Shown: positions 37,457 to 45,891 of the stretch, one piece after another
Layout: each line of letters starts with the position of its first letter
Position numbering within the stretch: the stretch's first letter is position 1
Assembly (NCBI GenBank): GCA_021107945.1
Contig: JAIORV010000023.1
Span: 56,885-120,884 of the forward strand
Length of the DNA stretch: 64,000 nt
Reading direction: 5' to 3'
Source of the DNA: Vulcanimicrobiota bacterium
GTDB taxonomy: Bacteria; Vulcanimicrobiota; JAJTBE01
Notes under the pieces: model-generated
What the model was told of the DNA's origin: nothing
Database searches by the model: none
What the model saw: only the letters and a program-made list of their open reading frames with translations
Made by a program: the position numbers and the translations under genes

Positions 37457-39538
37457 CTATTTCAAAAATATCCAGTCAATAAGCGACATTGTCATTCCTG
37501 CAAATACAGGCGCAAACACGAGAGAGACAACTGTCATCAACTTGATGAGGATATTCATCGACGGTCCTGATGTGTCTTTGAAGGGGTCACCCACCGTGTC
37601 TCCGACAACTGCCGCCTTGTGAGCGAGGGATCCTTTGCCGCCTAAGTTTCCTTCCTCGATCCATTTTTTTGCGTTGTCCCATATCGCCCCGGTATTCGAC
37701 ATAAATATTCCCAGAAGGACTCCTGTTACAACTGCGCCTGCAAGGAATCCGCCAAGAGCTTCCTTTCCAAGAACAAAACCGATTAACAGCGGGGAGATAA
37801 CCGCCAGAACTCCGGGTATGATCATCTCTCTTAATGAACCGTCTGTTGCAATAGAAATACATTTATCCACATCGGGTTCAGCTTTGCCTTCCATCAAACC
37901 CTTTATTTCTTTAAACTGCCTTCTGATCTCTTTCACAAGTAAATTTGCCGCTTTTCCCACAGCTTCCATTGTCAGTGCGGCAATTATGAAGGGCATAAGT
38001 CCGCCCAGCAAGAGTCCGACAATTGTATTCACATTTGTCAGGTCAATTCTGTCAACGTGTGCCGCTTTTTGATAAGCTGAGAAAAGTGCAAGTGCCGTTA
38101 TTGCGGCGGATCCGATGGCGAATCCCTTTCCGATGGCGGCTGTTGTATTGCCGAGAGAGTCCAGTTTGTCTGTAATCTTTCGGATTTCCGGTCCCGCGCC
38201 GCTCATTTCCGCTATACCTCCGGCGTTATCCGCAATTGGCCCGTAACTGTCGGTTGTCATTACAACTCCTACGGTTGCAAGCATTCCGACACCGGCAAGA
38301 GCAATAGCATAAAGCCCACCGAGACCCGGGTCAACATTAGGTTGTACAGATCCAAGGGAATATGCCACATAAATCGCCACACAAAGTGCAAGAAGGGGTA
38401 AAATGCAACTCTTGAAACCCACGGCCATACCACCGATAATGGTAGTGGCGGGTCCTGACTCACATTGCTTTGCCACTTCCTTAACCGGCGGACCCGAGGT
38501 AAAGTATTCACTGAAGATCCCTATCAATACCCCGCATATCATTCCGGCAAGAATAGCCCAGAACATATGGAGTGATCCTATCATATACCATGTAAGGATT
38601 CCGGCTCCTATCAGGAAGAGAATTCCAGCGATGTATGTGGAATTTCTCAGCGCTGATTGAGGATCCATTTTCTTTAAAATATGCATCGAGTTGATACCGA
38701 TGAAGGAGCATATAAGCCCAATGGTTATAAGAAGAATTGGGAATGAAATCCATTTCAACTGCCCCTGTACCGTATTTGCCATGATTGCTCCTATGGCAAT
38801 TGCGGCGACGACCGATCCCACATATGACTCGAACAGGTCTGCGCCCATTCCGGCAGTATCGCCCACATTATCACCCACATTATCAGCGATGACACCAGGA
38901 TTCCGTGGGTCGTCCTCGGGAATACCCGCTTCGATCTTACCCACAAGATCGGCTCCGACGTCCGCACTCTTGGTGTATATGCCGCCTCCAACTCTTGCGA
39001 ATAGAGCTATGCTGGATGCACCCATCGCAAATCCGCTGATAATCATCGGTGCCGTTGTGGGATTACCCCTGGTGAAATAAAAAAGGACTCCGAGTCCCAC
39101 AACACCAAGCGAGGCAACTAGAATTCCCATAACCGATCCGCCAAGAAATGCTACCGAGAGAGCGGCCGGTGTTCCACCGTCTTTTGCCGCTTGGCAAGTT
39201 CTCACATTTGCCTTGGTGGCCGCTTCCATGCCGAGCCATCCCGCGCCCATCGAGCAAAGAGCGCCAAAAAGATAGGCTAAACCTGTCCACCAACCTATAG
39301 CCTCATTATTTGGTCCCTTGATAAGAAGACCCAATGCCAGGAATACTATTACCATAAAAATAGCAATAATCGAGTATTCCTTCCTGAGAAATACCATTGC
39401 CCCCAGGTGGATCTTGTCGGCTATATCTTGCATTTTCTTATTTCCCGGCGAGTATTTACGAACGGAAAAATAGGTCAAAACTGCAAAAAGGATACCTGCA
39501 ATCCCTATCCAGGGAGTGTAAATCGTCCATGCTGACAT
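37457..39538 (-). CDS. hppA: Membrane-bound proton/sodium-translocating pyrophosphatase
   Basis: [36 protein letters not shown] and [12 protein letters not shown] motifs. The start is ATG 39538 (MSAWTIY) with GGAGG upstream. Confidence 0.95.
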   Translation of the reverse strand: MSAWTIYTPWIGIAGILFAVLTYFSVRKYSPGNKKMQDIADKIHLGAMVFLRKEYSIIAIFMVIVFLALGLLIKGPNNEAIGWWTGLAYLFGALCSMGAGWLGMEAATKANVRTCQAAKDGGTPAALSVAFLGGSVMGILVASLGVVGLGVLFYFTRGNPTTAPMIISGFAMGASSIALFARVGGGIYTKSADVGADLVGKIEAGIPEDDPRNPGVIADNVGDNVGDTAGMGADLFESYVGSVVAAIAIGAIMANTVQGQLKWISFPILLITIGLICSFIGINSMHILKKMDPQSALRNSTYIAGILFLIGAGILTWYMIGSLHMFWAILAGMICGVLIGIFSEYFTSGPPVKEVAKQCESGPATTIIGGMAVGFKSCILPLLALCVAIYVAYSLGSVQPNVDPGLGGLYAIALAGVGMLATVGVVMTTDSYGPIADNAGGIAEMSGAGPEIRKITDKLDSLGNTTAAIGKGFAIGSAAITALALFSAYQKAAHVDRIDLTNVNTIVGLLLGGLMPFIIAALTMEAVGKAANLLVKEIRRQFKEIKGLMEGKAEPDVDKCISIATDGSLREMIIPGVLAVISPLLIGFVLGKEALGGFLAGAVVTGVLLGIFMSNTGAIWDNAKKWIEEGNLGGKGSLAHKAAVVGDTVGDPFKDTSGPSMNILIKLMTVVSLVFAPVFAGMTMSLIDWIFLK

Positions 39539-39640
39539 GACAATCCTCCAAACCGGTAATTTTATTGAACTCAATATCCTGAATTCTGTTTCTATTTCGA
39601 GTCGATTATTCCTTTTCGAGTAGGTTATTACTTCTACTTG

Positions 39641-39724
39641 TGACCACACTCCGAACGAAGACACGAAGTTCACGAAGAATCCTTAGATTAAAAAATTCCG
39701 TGTCCTCCGTGGCTTCGTGGTAAA
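39641..39724. repeat. Inverted pair of the purine-heptamer element (ACGAAG flavour) in the hppA/ribU-like divergent region
   Basis: CGAACGAAGACACGAAGTTCACGAAGAAT, AT spacer, then ATTCCGTGTCCTCCGTGGCTTCGTGG. Confidence 0.75.
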
Positions 39725-39876
39725 TTCCAACTTTACTCATACCACTTTAAAAGGTTTTTTTCGACAACTTCAAGTGGAAAACGGGAAAGAAGGATCCCGG
39801 ATGTAAAAGGTTAATTAATAATGTTAAGTAAAACGAAATAAAAAGTATTTGAGCTTATAATTTTTCGGAGACAATT

Positions 39877-40494
39877 TTGAAAAGAAGTAACAACGGACTT
39901 AAAAGAATAATACAGATTTCCCTCCTCGCGTCTGTGGCAACGCTCCTCATGTTGATACAGATTCCCTACCCCGGCGCAGGATGGCTAAAATTTGACATTT
40001 CCAATATTCCCGTTTTAATCGGGGGTTGCGCCCTGGGGCCCATTGCAGGTTTGCTCATCGTAATTATTAAGCTTTTTCTTTTCGGTATTATCCGGTCTTC
40101 TCCGGGAGAACTTATGGGGCTGCCGATGAACCTTATCGCAAACGGAACACTCGTACTCGTAACTTCTTACATTTACCGCAGAGTGAAAACACAAGAGAAT
40201 GCCCTTTTCTCCCTTTTTGTAGGCGTTATCGTATCCACGCTAATCATGATACCTGCAAATTATTTTGTTCTGCCGCTTTATTTGAAATTTTTCGCACCAA
40301 ATATCCCAATACCGCCGCCGTCACAGATGTTAACCATGCTCTTTACGGTTGTAATTCCCTTCAACCTGATAGCGGGATTTTTGAATATTTCACTTACATT
40401 TATAGTGTATAAACGAGTTTCAGCTTTCATAAGACCTGATGCCCAGATAAATCTTCAATCAGGCAAAGATGTCAGAGCAAGATCTCGGGGGTAA
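39877..40494 (+). CDS. ECF transporter S component, RibU-like
   Basis: Six-TM pattern with IPYPGAGWLKFDISNIPVLIGGCALGP, resembling riboflavin S components. TTG start. No ECF A/T genes nearby. Confidence 0.65.
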   Translation: MKRSNNGLKRIIQISLLASVATLLMLIQIPYPGAGWLKFDISNIPVLIGGCALGPIAGLLIVIIKLFLFGIIRSSPGELMGLPMNLIANGTLVLVTSYIYRRVKTQENALFSLFVGVIVSTLIMIPANYFVLPLYLKFFAPNIPIPPPSQMLTMLFTVVIPFNLIAGFLNISLTFIVYKRVSAFIRPDAQINLQSGKDVRARSRG

Positions 40495-40522
40495 TATTTG
40501 GTCTGATTATTGTTTATTGCAT

Positions 40523-40993
40523 ATGGAAAATAATTCTAACATAAATAAAGACATACAAAATAATGCTCATGATTCACAATCAGAGCAAATCAATTCTCCA
40601 CAGGATACCGGGATGAGCTTGAAATTCCGGTTGATTTTATTTTTTCAGGTTATACTCACCGCAATATGTTACCTGTATATATGGTATTCTCCCGGTGTCA
40701 GGGGAACAGGGGGGATTTCGTCATCTCTCAACCCACCTGCCATATATCCCGCCATCCTCGCATTTATTCTTGTATTCATTGCTTTCTTAAGTTTTGTTTT
40801 ACCGACATTTACAAAAAAAATGTTTTTTACAGGAGCCTTTTTTTCATCAATCCTGCAAAGCATCGTAACATTGGTTTTTTTCCTTTTTTTATGTATATTT
40901 ATTCTTACAACACTTAATGTAACAGGAAGCTTTGCACGTATTCCCTTAATTGATCCCATACCTTTTCTTAAGTGGGCAAAGTTCCTGATTTGA
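40523..40993 (+). CDS. Small polytopic membrane protein
   Basis: ORF with 4 hydrophobic segments. I prefer ATG 40523 over the track start 40469. Confidence 0.5.
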   Translation: MENNSNINKDIQNNAHDSQSEQINSPQDTGMSLKFRLILFFQVILTAICYLYIWYSPGVRGTGGISSSLNPPAIYPAILAFILVFIAFLSFVLPTFTKKMFFTGAFFSSILQSIVTLVFFLFLCIFILTTLNVTGSFARIPLIDPIPFLKWAKFLI

Positions 40994-41001
40994 TGTAATT
41001 A

Positions 41002-41061
41002 TTCACCGCAGAGTTCGCAGAGGACGCAGAGATTTAAATTCTTTGTGGTCTTTGCGGTGAA
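41002..41061. repeat. Inverted pair of the purine-heptamer element (TTCACCGCAGAGTTCGCAGAGGACGCAGAG / CTTTGTGGTCTTTGCGGTGAA)
   Basis: Starts 8 nt after the stop at 40993. The arms differ by purine transitions that would pair as G-U in RNA. Confidence 0.85.
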
Positions 41062-41074
41062 TAGGTATTAAACA

Positions 41075-42625
41075 ATGAAAGTAAATAACAAAATAAAATA
41101 TTTTCTCTTATTACTGATTGTAGGGGTATTTCTTTCATATTTTGTAAGACAACCCTATCTTAAATATTGCGCCGTCTCACCGGAATCGCTGGTGGAAATA
41201 AATATCGCAAGAAATATCGCCGATGGAAAGGGATTCACATTATCCATTAAAGAAACATATGACCTGGACACACCGGTTGTACATTCTGCCGCCGGAGAGA
41301 GAGGACTTCTTTATCCTCTTATCATAAGCTCCTTTATAAACAAAACTATGAACATTCACTGGATTAATATCTTCCTGAGCCTGCTGTCCGCTATATTATT
41401 TTTCTACCTCATAAAGAATACCCTCAACTTGCAGGCTGCCTGGCTTTCATTTATCACGCTGATATTTTTCCCTCTTACAAATATGGCGGCATCATATCTC
41501 TGGAATTACACCCTGATTATCTTTTTCCTGATTCTTTCATGCCTTGTTTTATCAGTATGGAAATCAAAATACAGCAAGATTATCGCCGGAGGGATCCTGA
41601 GCATATGCTTCTGGTCCGATCCCTGGGCTCTTTTTTACATCTTCGCATTCATCCCCGGGCTATTACTATCAGAAAAAAACATCAGGGAGAGCATAAAAAC
41701 CACAGGCCTGTTCATGCTGGGTTTTCTCATTGTCTCATTTCCTCTTCTATTATGGATTTTCTCGATATACAACACACCATTTCCGCCACGCATGCCGGCC
41801 TATTTTCAGGTGAAAGACTACAGCATCTATCTATGGAAGAGCTTCGGATACAAGCTTCCCGGTACTATTGCGTTTATTGCCGGGAATAAAGCTTGGGTTA
41901 TGTCTGCCATTTGGGACAACATTAAAACATATTCCTCACATATAGCCTCCCGCAAAAACGCCCTCATTCCCCTACTCGGGCTTCTTATTTCCTTACCCAC
42001 ACTATTTTTCTTCCGGAACGAAGACAATCCCCGTTTCCCTCGGAAATATGCCCCGCTTCTCTCGTTTTCACTATGCTATTTCATTGGAACCTGCCTATTC
42101 TGGTCCAGCAGGGATTTCATAAAGCCATTGATTTTCTTCCCCATTTTTGTCATCCCTCTTGTCTATTATTTCCTATGTCGGGTTCAGGTAAAAAAATTCC
42201 CTGTGGGACTGCTGGCGGCGGTTTTACTGATGATATTTACACTGAACAATTATATCGCCCTGAATTACAACAATGTCAGCATAAAACTGGCGGCGGATGA
42301 CTACAAAAGAATTTCAGCCGTTCGTGATGATACCACGGAATGGATTAATTCAAATGCAAAAGAAAATGAAAATGTGGCGGCGGTTTATCCTTGGATTGTC
42401 AATTTCCAGACACGACAACCGGCGGGAATCCTCCCCGACAACCTGACTTCGGAAAAACTCAGTGAATTATTGCAAAAATTCAACTATAATTACATTATGA
42501 TAAATGACTCCGGGGAAAAAGCTGAGAGTATCAATAACATAATCGAAAATGACATAATAAGCTGGTTGGTTTTGGCAAAACCGGGACTATGGAGAATTCA
42601 GCCCGAGTTTTTCCCGAAAGAATAG
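41075..42625 (+). CDS. GT-C fold glycosyltransferase-like membrane protein (ArnT/PMT-like)
   Basis: 516 aa with more than 10 TM segments and a C-terminal soluble domain. Adjacent to a GT2 polyprenyl-phosphate glycosyltransferase. Confidence 0.55.
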   Translation: MKVNNKIKYFLLLLIVGVFLSYFVRQPYLKYCAVSPESLVEINIARNIADGKGFTLSIKETYDLDTPVVHSAAGERGLLYPLIISSFINKTMNIHWINIFLSLLSAILFFYLIKNTLNLQAAWLSFITLIFFPLTNMAASYLWNYTLIIFFLILSCLVLSVWKSKYSKIIAGGILSICFWSDPWALFYIFAFIPGLLLSEKNIRESIKTTGLFMLGFLIVSFPLLLWIFSIYNTPFPPRMPAYFQVKDYSIYLWKSFGYKLPGTIAFIAGNKAWVMSAIWDNIKTYSSHIASRKNALIPLLGLLISLPTLFFFRNEDNPRFPRKYAPLLSFSLCYFIGTCLFWSSRDFIKPLIFFPIFVIPLVYYFLCRVQVKKFPVGLLAAVLLMIFTLNNYIALNYNNVSIKLAADDYKRISAVRDDTTEWINSNAKENENVAAVYPWIVNFQTRQPAGILPDNLTSEKLSELLQKFNYNYIMINDSGEKAESINNIIENDIISWLVLAKPGLWRIQPEFFPKE

Positions 42626-42639
42626 ACTGAATTTTACTA

Positions 42640-42669
42640 TTTACCGCAGAGATCGCAGAGGGCGCGGAG
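42640..42669 (+). repeat. Single purine-heptamer element (TTTACCGCAGAGATCGCAGAGGGCGCGGAG)
   Basis: Starts 14 nt after the stop at 42625. Confidence 0.8.
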
Positions 42670-42847
42670 ATAAGAATAAGAGAACAATATTAGTTCTGAA
42701 AAAGACTGTCCTGATTTAATTAACTCTTTGGGGAAATTTGAAAATAAACCACAAAGAAGGAAAGAATGGAAAAACGAAAGTCTGTCCTCTGACTTACGGA
42801 CTGAGGGTATCGATAAACTTCAAAATCCCGGTTATTAAGAGTCATTA

Positions 42848-42935
42848 TTTTACCCCAGAGGACACAGAGAACACAGAGATGTCAATGATTTTTTCTCCGG
42901 TTATCCTCTGCGGACTCCGCGATCTCTGCGGTGAA
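42848..42935. repeat. Inverted pair of the purine-heptamer element (CCAGAG/ACAGAG flavour)
   Basis: TTTACCCCAGAGGACACAGAGAACACAGAG, spacer, then TTCTCCGGTTATCCTCTGCGGACTCCGCGATCTCTGCGGTGAA. Confidence 0.8.
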
Positions 42936-42973
42936 AAAAACACTTACTCGACAACTCTTTGCAGTGAATTATT

Positions 42974-43828
42974 ATGAACAAATTTACAAGAATAATATTA
43001 CTCCCCGTTTATAACGAGGAAAACACTCTTGAAGAAGAGTTAAATAAGCTCCTTGACAAAGGAGATGTTTTTATTATCGTTAATGACGGCTCAACCGACA
43101 TCAGCGGCGATATTATATTAAAATGGATAGAGAATCATAAAAAAACTCTTCAAATAGATTCCACAGAAAACCATATTAACAAACTTGATTCAGACAAAGT
43201 GAAACATCACATAGAGAAGCATATAAAATCATCCGGCGATATCTCCGGGTATAAATATTTAGCGGGAAAAAGCCGGTCTGTTATATATATCGAATTTCCC
43301 GTAAACAAGGGGAAATCGTCAGCGTTGCAGGAGTGCTTCAAGATTATTCTGAGCTTGTATGAGGACAGTATCTTCAAAGGTGAGGATACAATAATAGTTA
43401 CCGACGCCGACGGACAATTGCCTGCAGACATTATTAGCTCCGCGACGAATTACCTGAAAAAAGAAAACCTGGATATGCTGATTGGCAGGCGGGATTTTAC
43501 TTCTTACCCTCTATTCAAACGACTGGGCAACTATTTTCTAAGCAGGCTTGCTGCAATTTTAACGGGATTTAACTTTCATGACACACAGTGCGGGTTCAGG
43601 ATATTCACAATATCGGTATTGGAAAAGATCCTTCCATATTATCACGCGAGGGGTTATTCATGTGAGCAGGAGTTATCGCTGATTCCCGTTCTCCTGGGGA
43701 TGAAGCTTGACAACACCTTCCCCGTCGAGCCTGTGTATTACAGATCAAATTCCACAATTACAGATGCATTTTATATAACTCTGGATAGCTTTGCAACGTG
43801 GTTGAAGGTGAAGAAGGGGTTATTATAA
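42974..43828 (+). CDS. GT2 polyprenyl-phosphate glycosyltransferase (DPM1/ArnC/GtrB-like)
   Basis: LLPVYNEE, VNDGSTD, TDADGQ (DxD) and QCGFRIF motifs. Contains an internal roughly 60-aa insertion. Confidence 0.8.
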   Translation: MNKFTRIILLPVYNEENTLEEELNKLLDKGDVFIIVNDGSTDISGDIILKWIENHKKTLQIDSTENHINKLDSDKVKHHIEKHIKSSGDISGYKYLAGKSRSVIYIEFPVNKGKSSALQECFKIILSLYEDSIFKGEDTIIVTDADGQLPADIISSATNYLKKENLDMLIGRRDFTSYPLFKRLGNYFLSRLAAILTGFNFHDTQCGFRIFTISVLEKILPYYHARGYSCEQELSLIPVLLGMKLDNTFPVEPVYYRSNSTITDAFYITLDSFATWLKVKKGLL

Positions 43829-43914
43829 TGCCGGAGGTCGGAATCGAACCGACACGAACGATTATGTTCCCGGGATTTTAAGTCCCGTGCGTCTACCAGT
43901 TCCGCCACTCCGGC
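43829..43914 (-). tRNA. tRNA-Leu (anticodon UAA), type II with a long variable arm
   Basis: The cloverleaf was folded by hand: acceptor GCCGGAG/CTCCGGC, anticodon stem CGGGA/TCCCG with loop CTTAAAA, T arm GTCGG-TTCGATT-CCGAC, discriminator A. It abuts the GT2 stop codon. Confidence 0.93.
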
Positions 43915-43993
43915 ATTAACAGGAATATTTTACATTAAATTTCGTATATTGTAAAGTCTTTTTTGGTTTTTTTTATTACCACATCCAGACGAA

Positions 43994-44036
43994 CCCATCT
44001 TGACGGTGATTTAAAATACAAGTATAATAAACCCAT
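43994..44036 (+). promoter_or_regulatory. Consensus sigma70 promoter (TTGACG-17-TATAAT), copy 1 of a 43-nt direct repeat
   Basis: -35 at 44000-44005 and -10 at 44023-44028. Repeated at 44989-45031 with 2 mismatches. Confidence 0.75.
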
Positions 44037-44056
44037 TCCCCTTGGAGGCAGTGTTT

Positions 44057-44233
44057 ATGAGCGACCAATCCAGTATAAGATCCAACCTTCACTATATAAT
44101 TGAAGCTCTGCCGGAGAGAGAAGAAGATTCCAAAGGGGAAATTGTGAATAGGTGTCCGATATCCCACAAGAAAAATTTACCGGAGATGATTTCGAGTGAC
44201 CATATACAGGCATACCAAGCAGGAACTTATTGA
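44057..44233 (+). CDS. Small ORF (58 aa) downstream of promoter copy 1, possibly a degenerate antitoxin-like duplicate
   Basis: GGAGG lies 8 nt upstream. Its LHYIIEALPEREE motif resembles ELIDLVRQIPEEE of the next ORF. Overlaps that ORF out of frame. Confidence 0.3.
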   Translation: MSDQSSIRSNLHYIIEALPEREEDSKGEIVNRCPISHKKNLPEMISSDHIQAYQAGTY

Positions 44234-44423
44234 CCTTGTCAGACAAATCCCGGAGGAAGAATTTCAAACTGCATTCAGGTTCCTGGAATTCCTTGCAAGC
44301 CTTCCCGGGGAACCTCCACTGACCGATGAAGAGAAGGCGGAATCCAGTGAGAATTGGCAGGCTATCCTCAGAGGTGAGGGTATTCCATGGGAGGAAGTCC
44401 GGGAGGAGCTTGCCGATGAGTGA
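44196..44423 (+). CDS. Putative antitoxin of the RelE/ParE pair
   Basis: 75-aa acidic ORF with a GTG start. 8-nt overlap (ATGAGTGA) with the toxin gene. Confidence 0.6.
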   Translation: MTIYRHTKQELIDLVRQIPEEEFQTAFRFLEFLASLPGEPPLTDEEKAESSENWQAILRGEGIPWEEVREELADE

Positions 44424-44694
44424 CATAGATTCTTCCGGCCGTCCATGGAGGGTGATAATTCCACCCAAAATTGCCCGGCAAATGAGGCGGCTTCAACCCG
44501 GGGAGCAAGGCCGTATTAAGGGGGCGATTGACAGTCTCAGAAATTTTCCGCACCAGGGCGATCTGAGGGACCTCAAGCCAAACCCGGAATGGCGCCTTAA
44601 AGTTGGAACCAGGAGGATACTTTTCAAGATAAATAAGAAGGAACACATTATCGGTATAATTCGAATCGGCTCAAGAGGGGATGTTTATAAGTAA
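44416..44694 (+). CDS. RelE/ParE-family type II toxin
   Basis: 92 aa. The pattern KIARQMRRL...I..L...P..GD.R.LK....WRLKVGTRRILFKI...EHIIGIIRIGSRGDVYK is typical of RelE/ParE. Confidence 0.8.
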   Translation: MSDIDSSGRPWRVIIPPKIARQMRRLQPGEQGRIKGAIDSLRNFPHQGDLRDLKPNPEWRLKVGTRRILFKINKKEHIIGIIRIGSRGDVYK

Positions 44695-44988
44695 TAGAAG
44701 GGTAAATTCGAAATATAGAAGAGATTTATTGGGAATTCTTATTATCTTATCGTAGCCCGACATATTCTGCAGGGAGAGTTACAGAGGAAGTCATGCTCAT
44801 GAAGGAGCCAATTTATTCAATATGAAGGTGAAAGAAGTATTTTTTTTTGGATGCATTTGATCGAAATTTACTAAATCACCCAAGAGGAAAAATGTCCGAC
44901 GACCTGATGCTTATGCTTGAAAATGGACAACTTGAGGGGATAGATAATCAGTATAGGTTTATTCTAAAAAAAAGAAGCTCCACACACT

Positions 44989-45031
44989 CCCATCTTGACG
45001 GTAATTTAAAATACAAGTATAATAAATCCAT
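44989..45031 (+). promoter_or_regulatory. Consensus sigma70 promoter, copy 2 of the 43-nt direct repeat
   Basis: TTGACG 44995-45000, 17-nt spacer, TATAAT 45018-45023. Lies about 70 nt upstream of ATG 45093. Confidence 0.75.
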
Positions 45032-45092
45032 CTCTGATCCAATTTGCCAGGTGACCCGAACAATAACCATTCATATAAAAGGAGCCTCTGAA

Positions 45093-45890
45093 ATGTTAGG
45101 CCGACTTAAAATGCCCATATGTATCCTCATCATAACCCTGATTGCGGGAGCGATAGGTTATCTGTTTACTGGACAAAAACTGGAGCAACAAAGAAGACTT
45201 TTCCTGAAGCAAAGACTGACGAAGCTCGACAACCAACTCCGGGAGTTGGGAGTACAAGTATGCATTATCCAGACAAGCAAGTCATCTCCTTCCATAAAGC
45301 ATGGCCATATGTTCGCCCTTCTCGACTTCTGGGAAACAGATTACGATAAGACAAGTAAGAATCTGGAGAAAATAAAAGACACTATCAATGAATATGTCAA
45401 GTTGAGAAATAATGAAAGACAGGTTGGCGCAATCCGTTACCTCAACAAGGACGGCTTTGATCTGGAAGAGGTTTTGAAAGGACAGATAAAAACCGAGTTG
45501 GATGAGAAAGATTTCGAGCAGAATGAAGCTATCAAGGAATATACCGCCGAGCTGACCAACAAGCTCTGGGCGGCATATGAAGCCTTTCAATTGAGTAGAA
45601 AAGATTTGAGGTTTAAGATAATCCCGCAGGTTACAATCGACGACACAACAGAACAGGTAAAGGCGGAGGAGAAATATTTCTATGTCCGGTTTAACAATAT
45701 TACAAATATAGAATTGAGGAAGGAGATACGAAAAGTCTATAAGAGACTTAGCAATTTTGACCTTGCGAGGGGAGACAAAATTTATTTTGATAACTATCCC
45801 CGGGAAAATTATGATCTGATCAACAGGATGACTAAATATGCAGGTGTCTCTCCCCTGTCCGATCAGGTTATTCTTATAGATAAATTATAA
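45093..45890 (+). CDS. Hypothetical membrane-anchored coiled-coil protein, 1 nt from the MacB-like permease gene
   Basis: AAAGGAG lies 7 nt upstream of the ATG. N-terminal TM segment PICILIITLIAGAIGYLF. The stop lies 1 nt before the next ATG. Confidence 0.65.
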   Translation: MLGRLKMPICILIITLIAGAIGYLFTGQKLEQQRRLFLKQRLTKLDNQLRELGVQVCIIQTSKSSPSIKHGHMFALLDFWETDYDKTSKNLEKIKDTINEYVKLRNNERQVGAIRYLNKDGFDLEEVLKGQIKTELDEKDFEQNEAIKEYTAELTNKLWAAYEAFQLSRKDLRFKIIPQVTIDDTTEQVKAEEKYFYVRFNNITNIELRKEIRKVYKRLSNFDLARGDKIYFDNYPRENYDLINRMTKYAGVSPLSDQVILIDKL

Positions 45891-45891
45891 A

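Noticed and set aside
39725-39876. FMN (RFN) riboswitch upstream of the RibU-like gene
   Set aside because: I could not find the conserved RFN core segments (GGTGAAATTCC / AGCCCG-type helices) in the leader. Only a repeat element and AT-rich DNA are present.
43829-43914. tRNA-Leu as the attachment site of a classical integrase island
   Set aside because: I noticed no integrase gene and no second copy of the tRNA 3' end on either side. The adjacent duplicated sequence is a promoter, not tRNA-derived.
44847-45092. Upstream extension of ORF 44847..45890
   Set aside because: The extension contains a perfect TTGACG-17-TATAAT promoter (copy 2 of the repeat). A strong SD/ATG follows at 45093, just before the TM helix.
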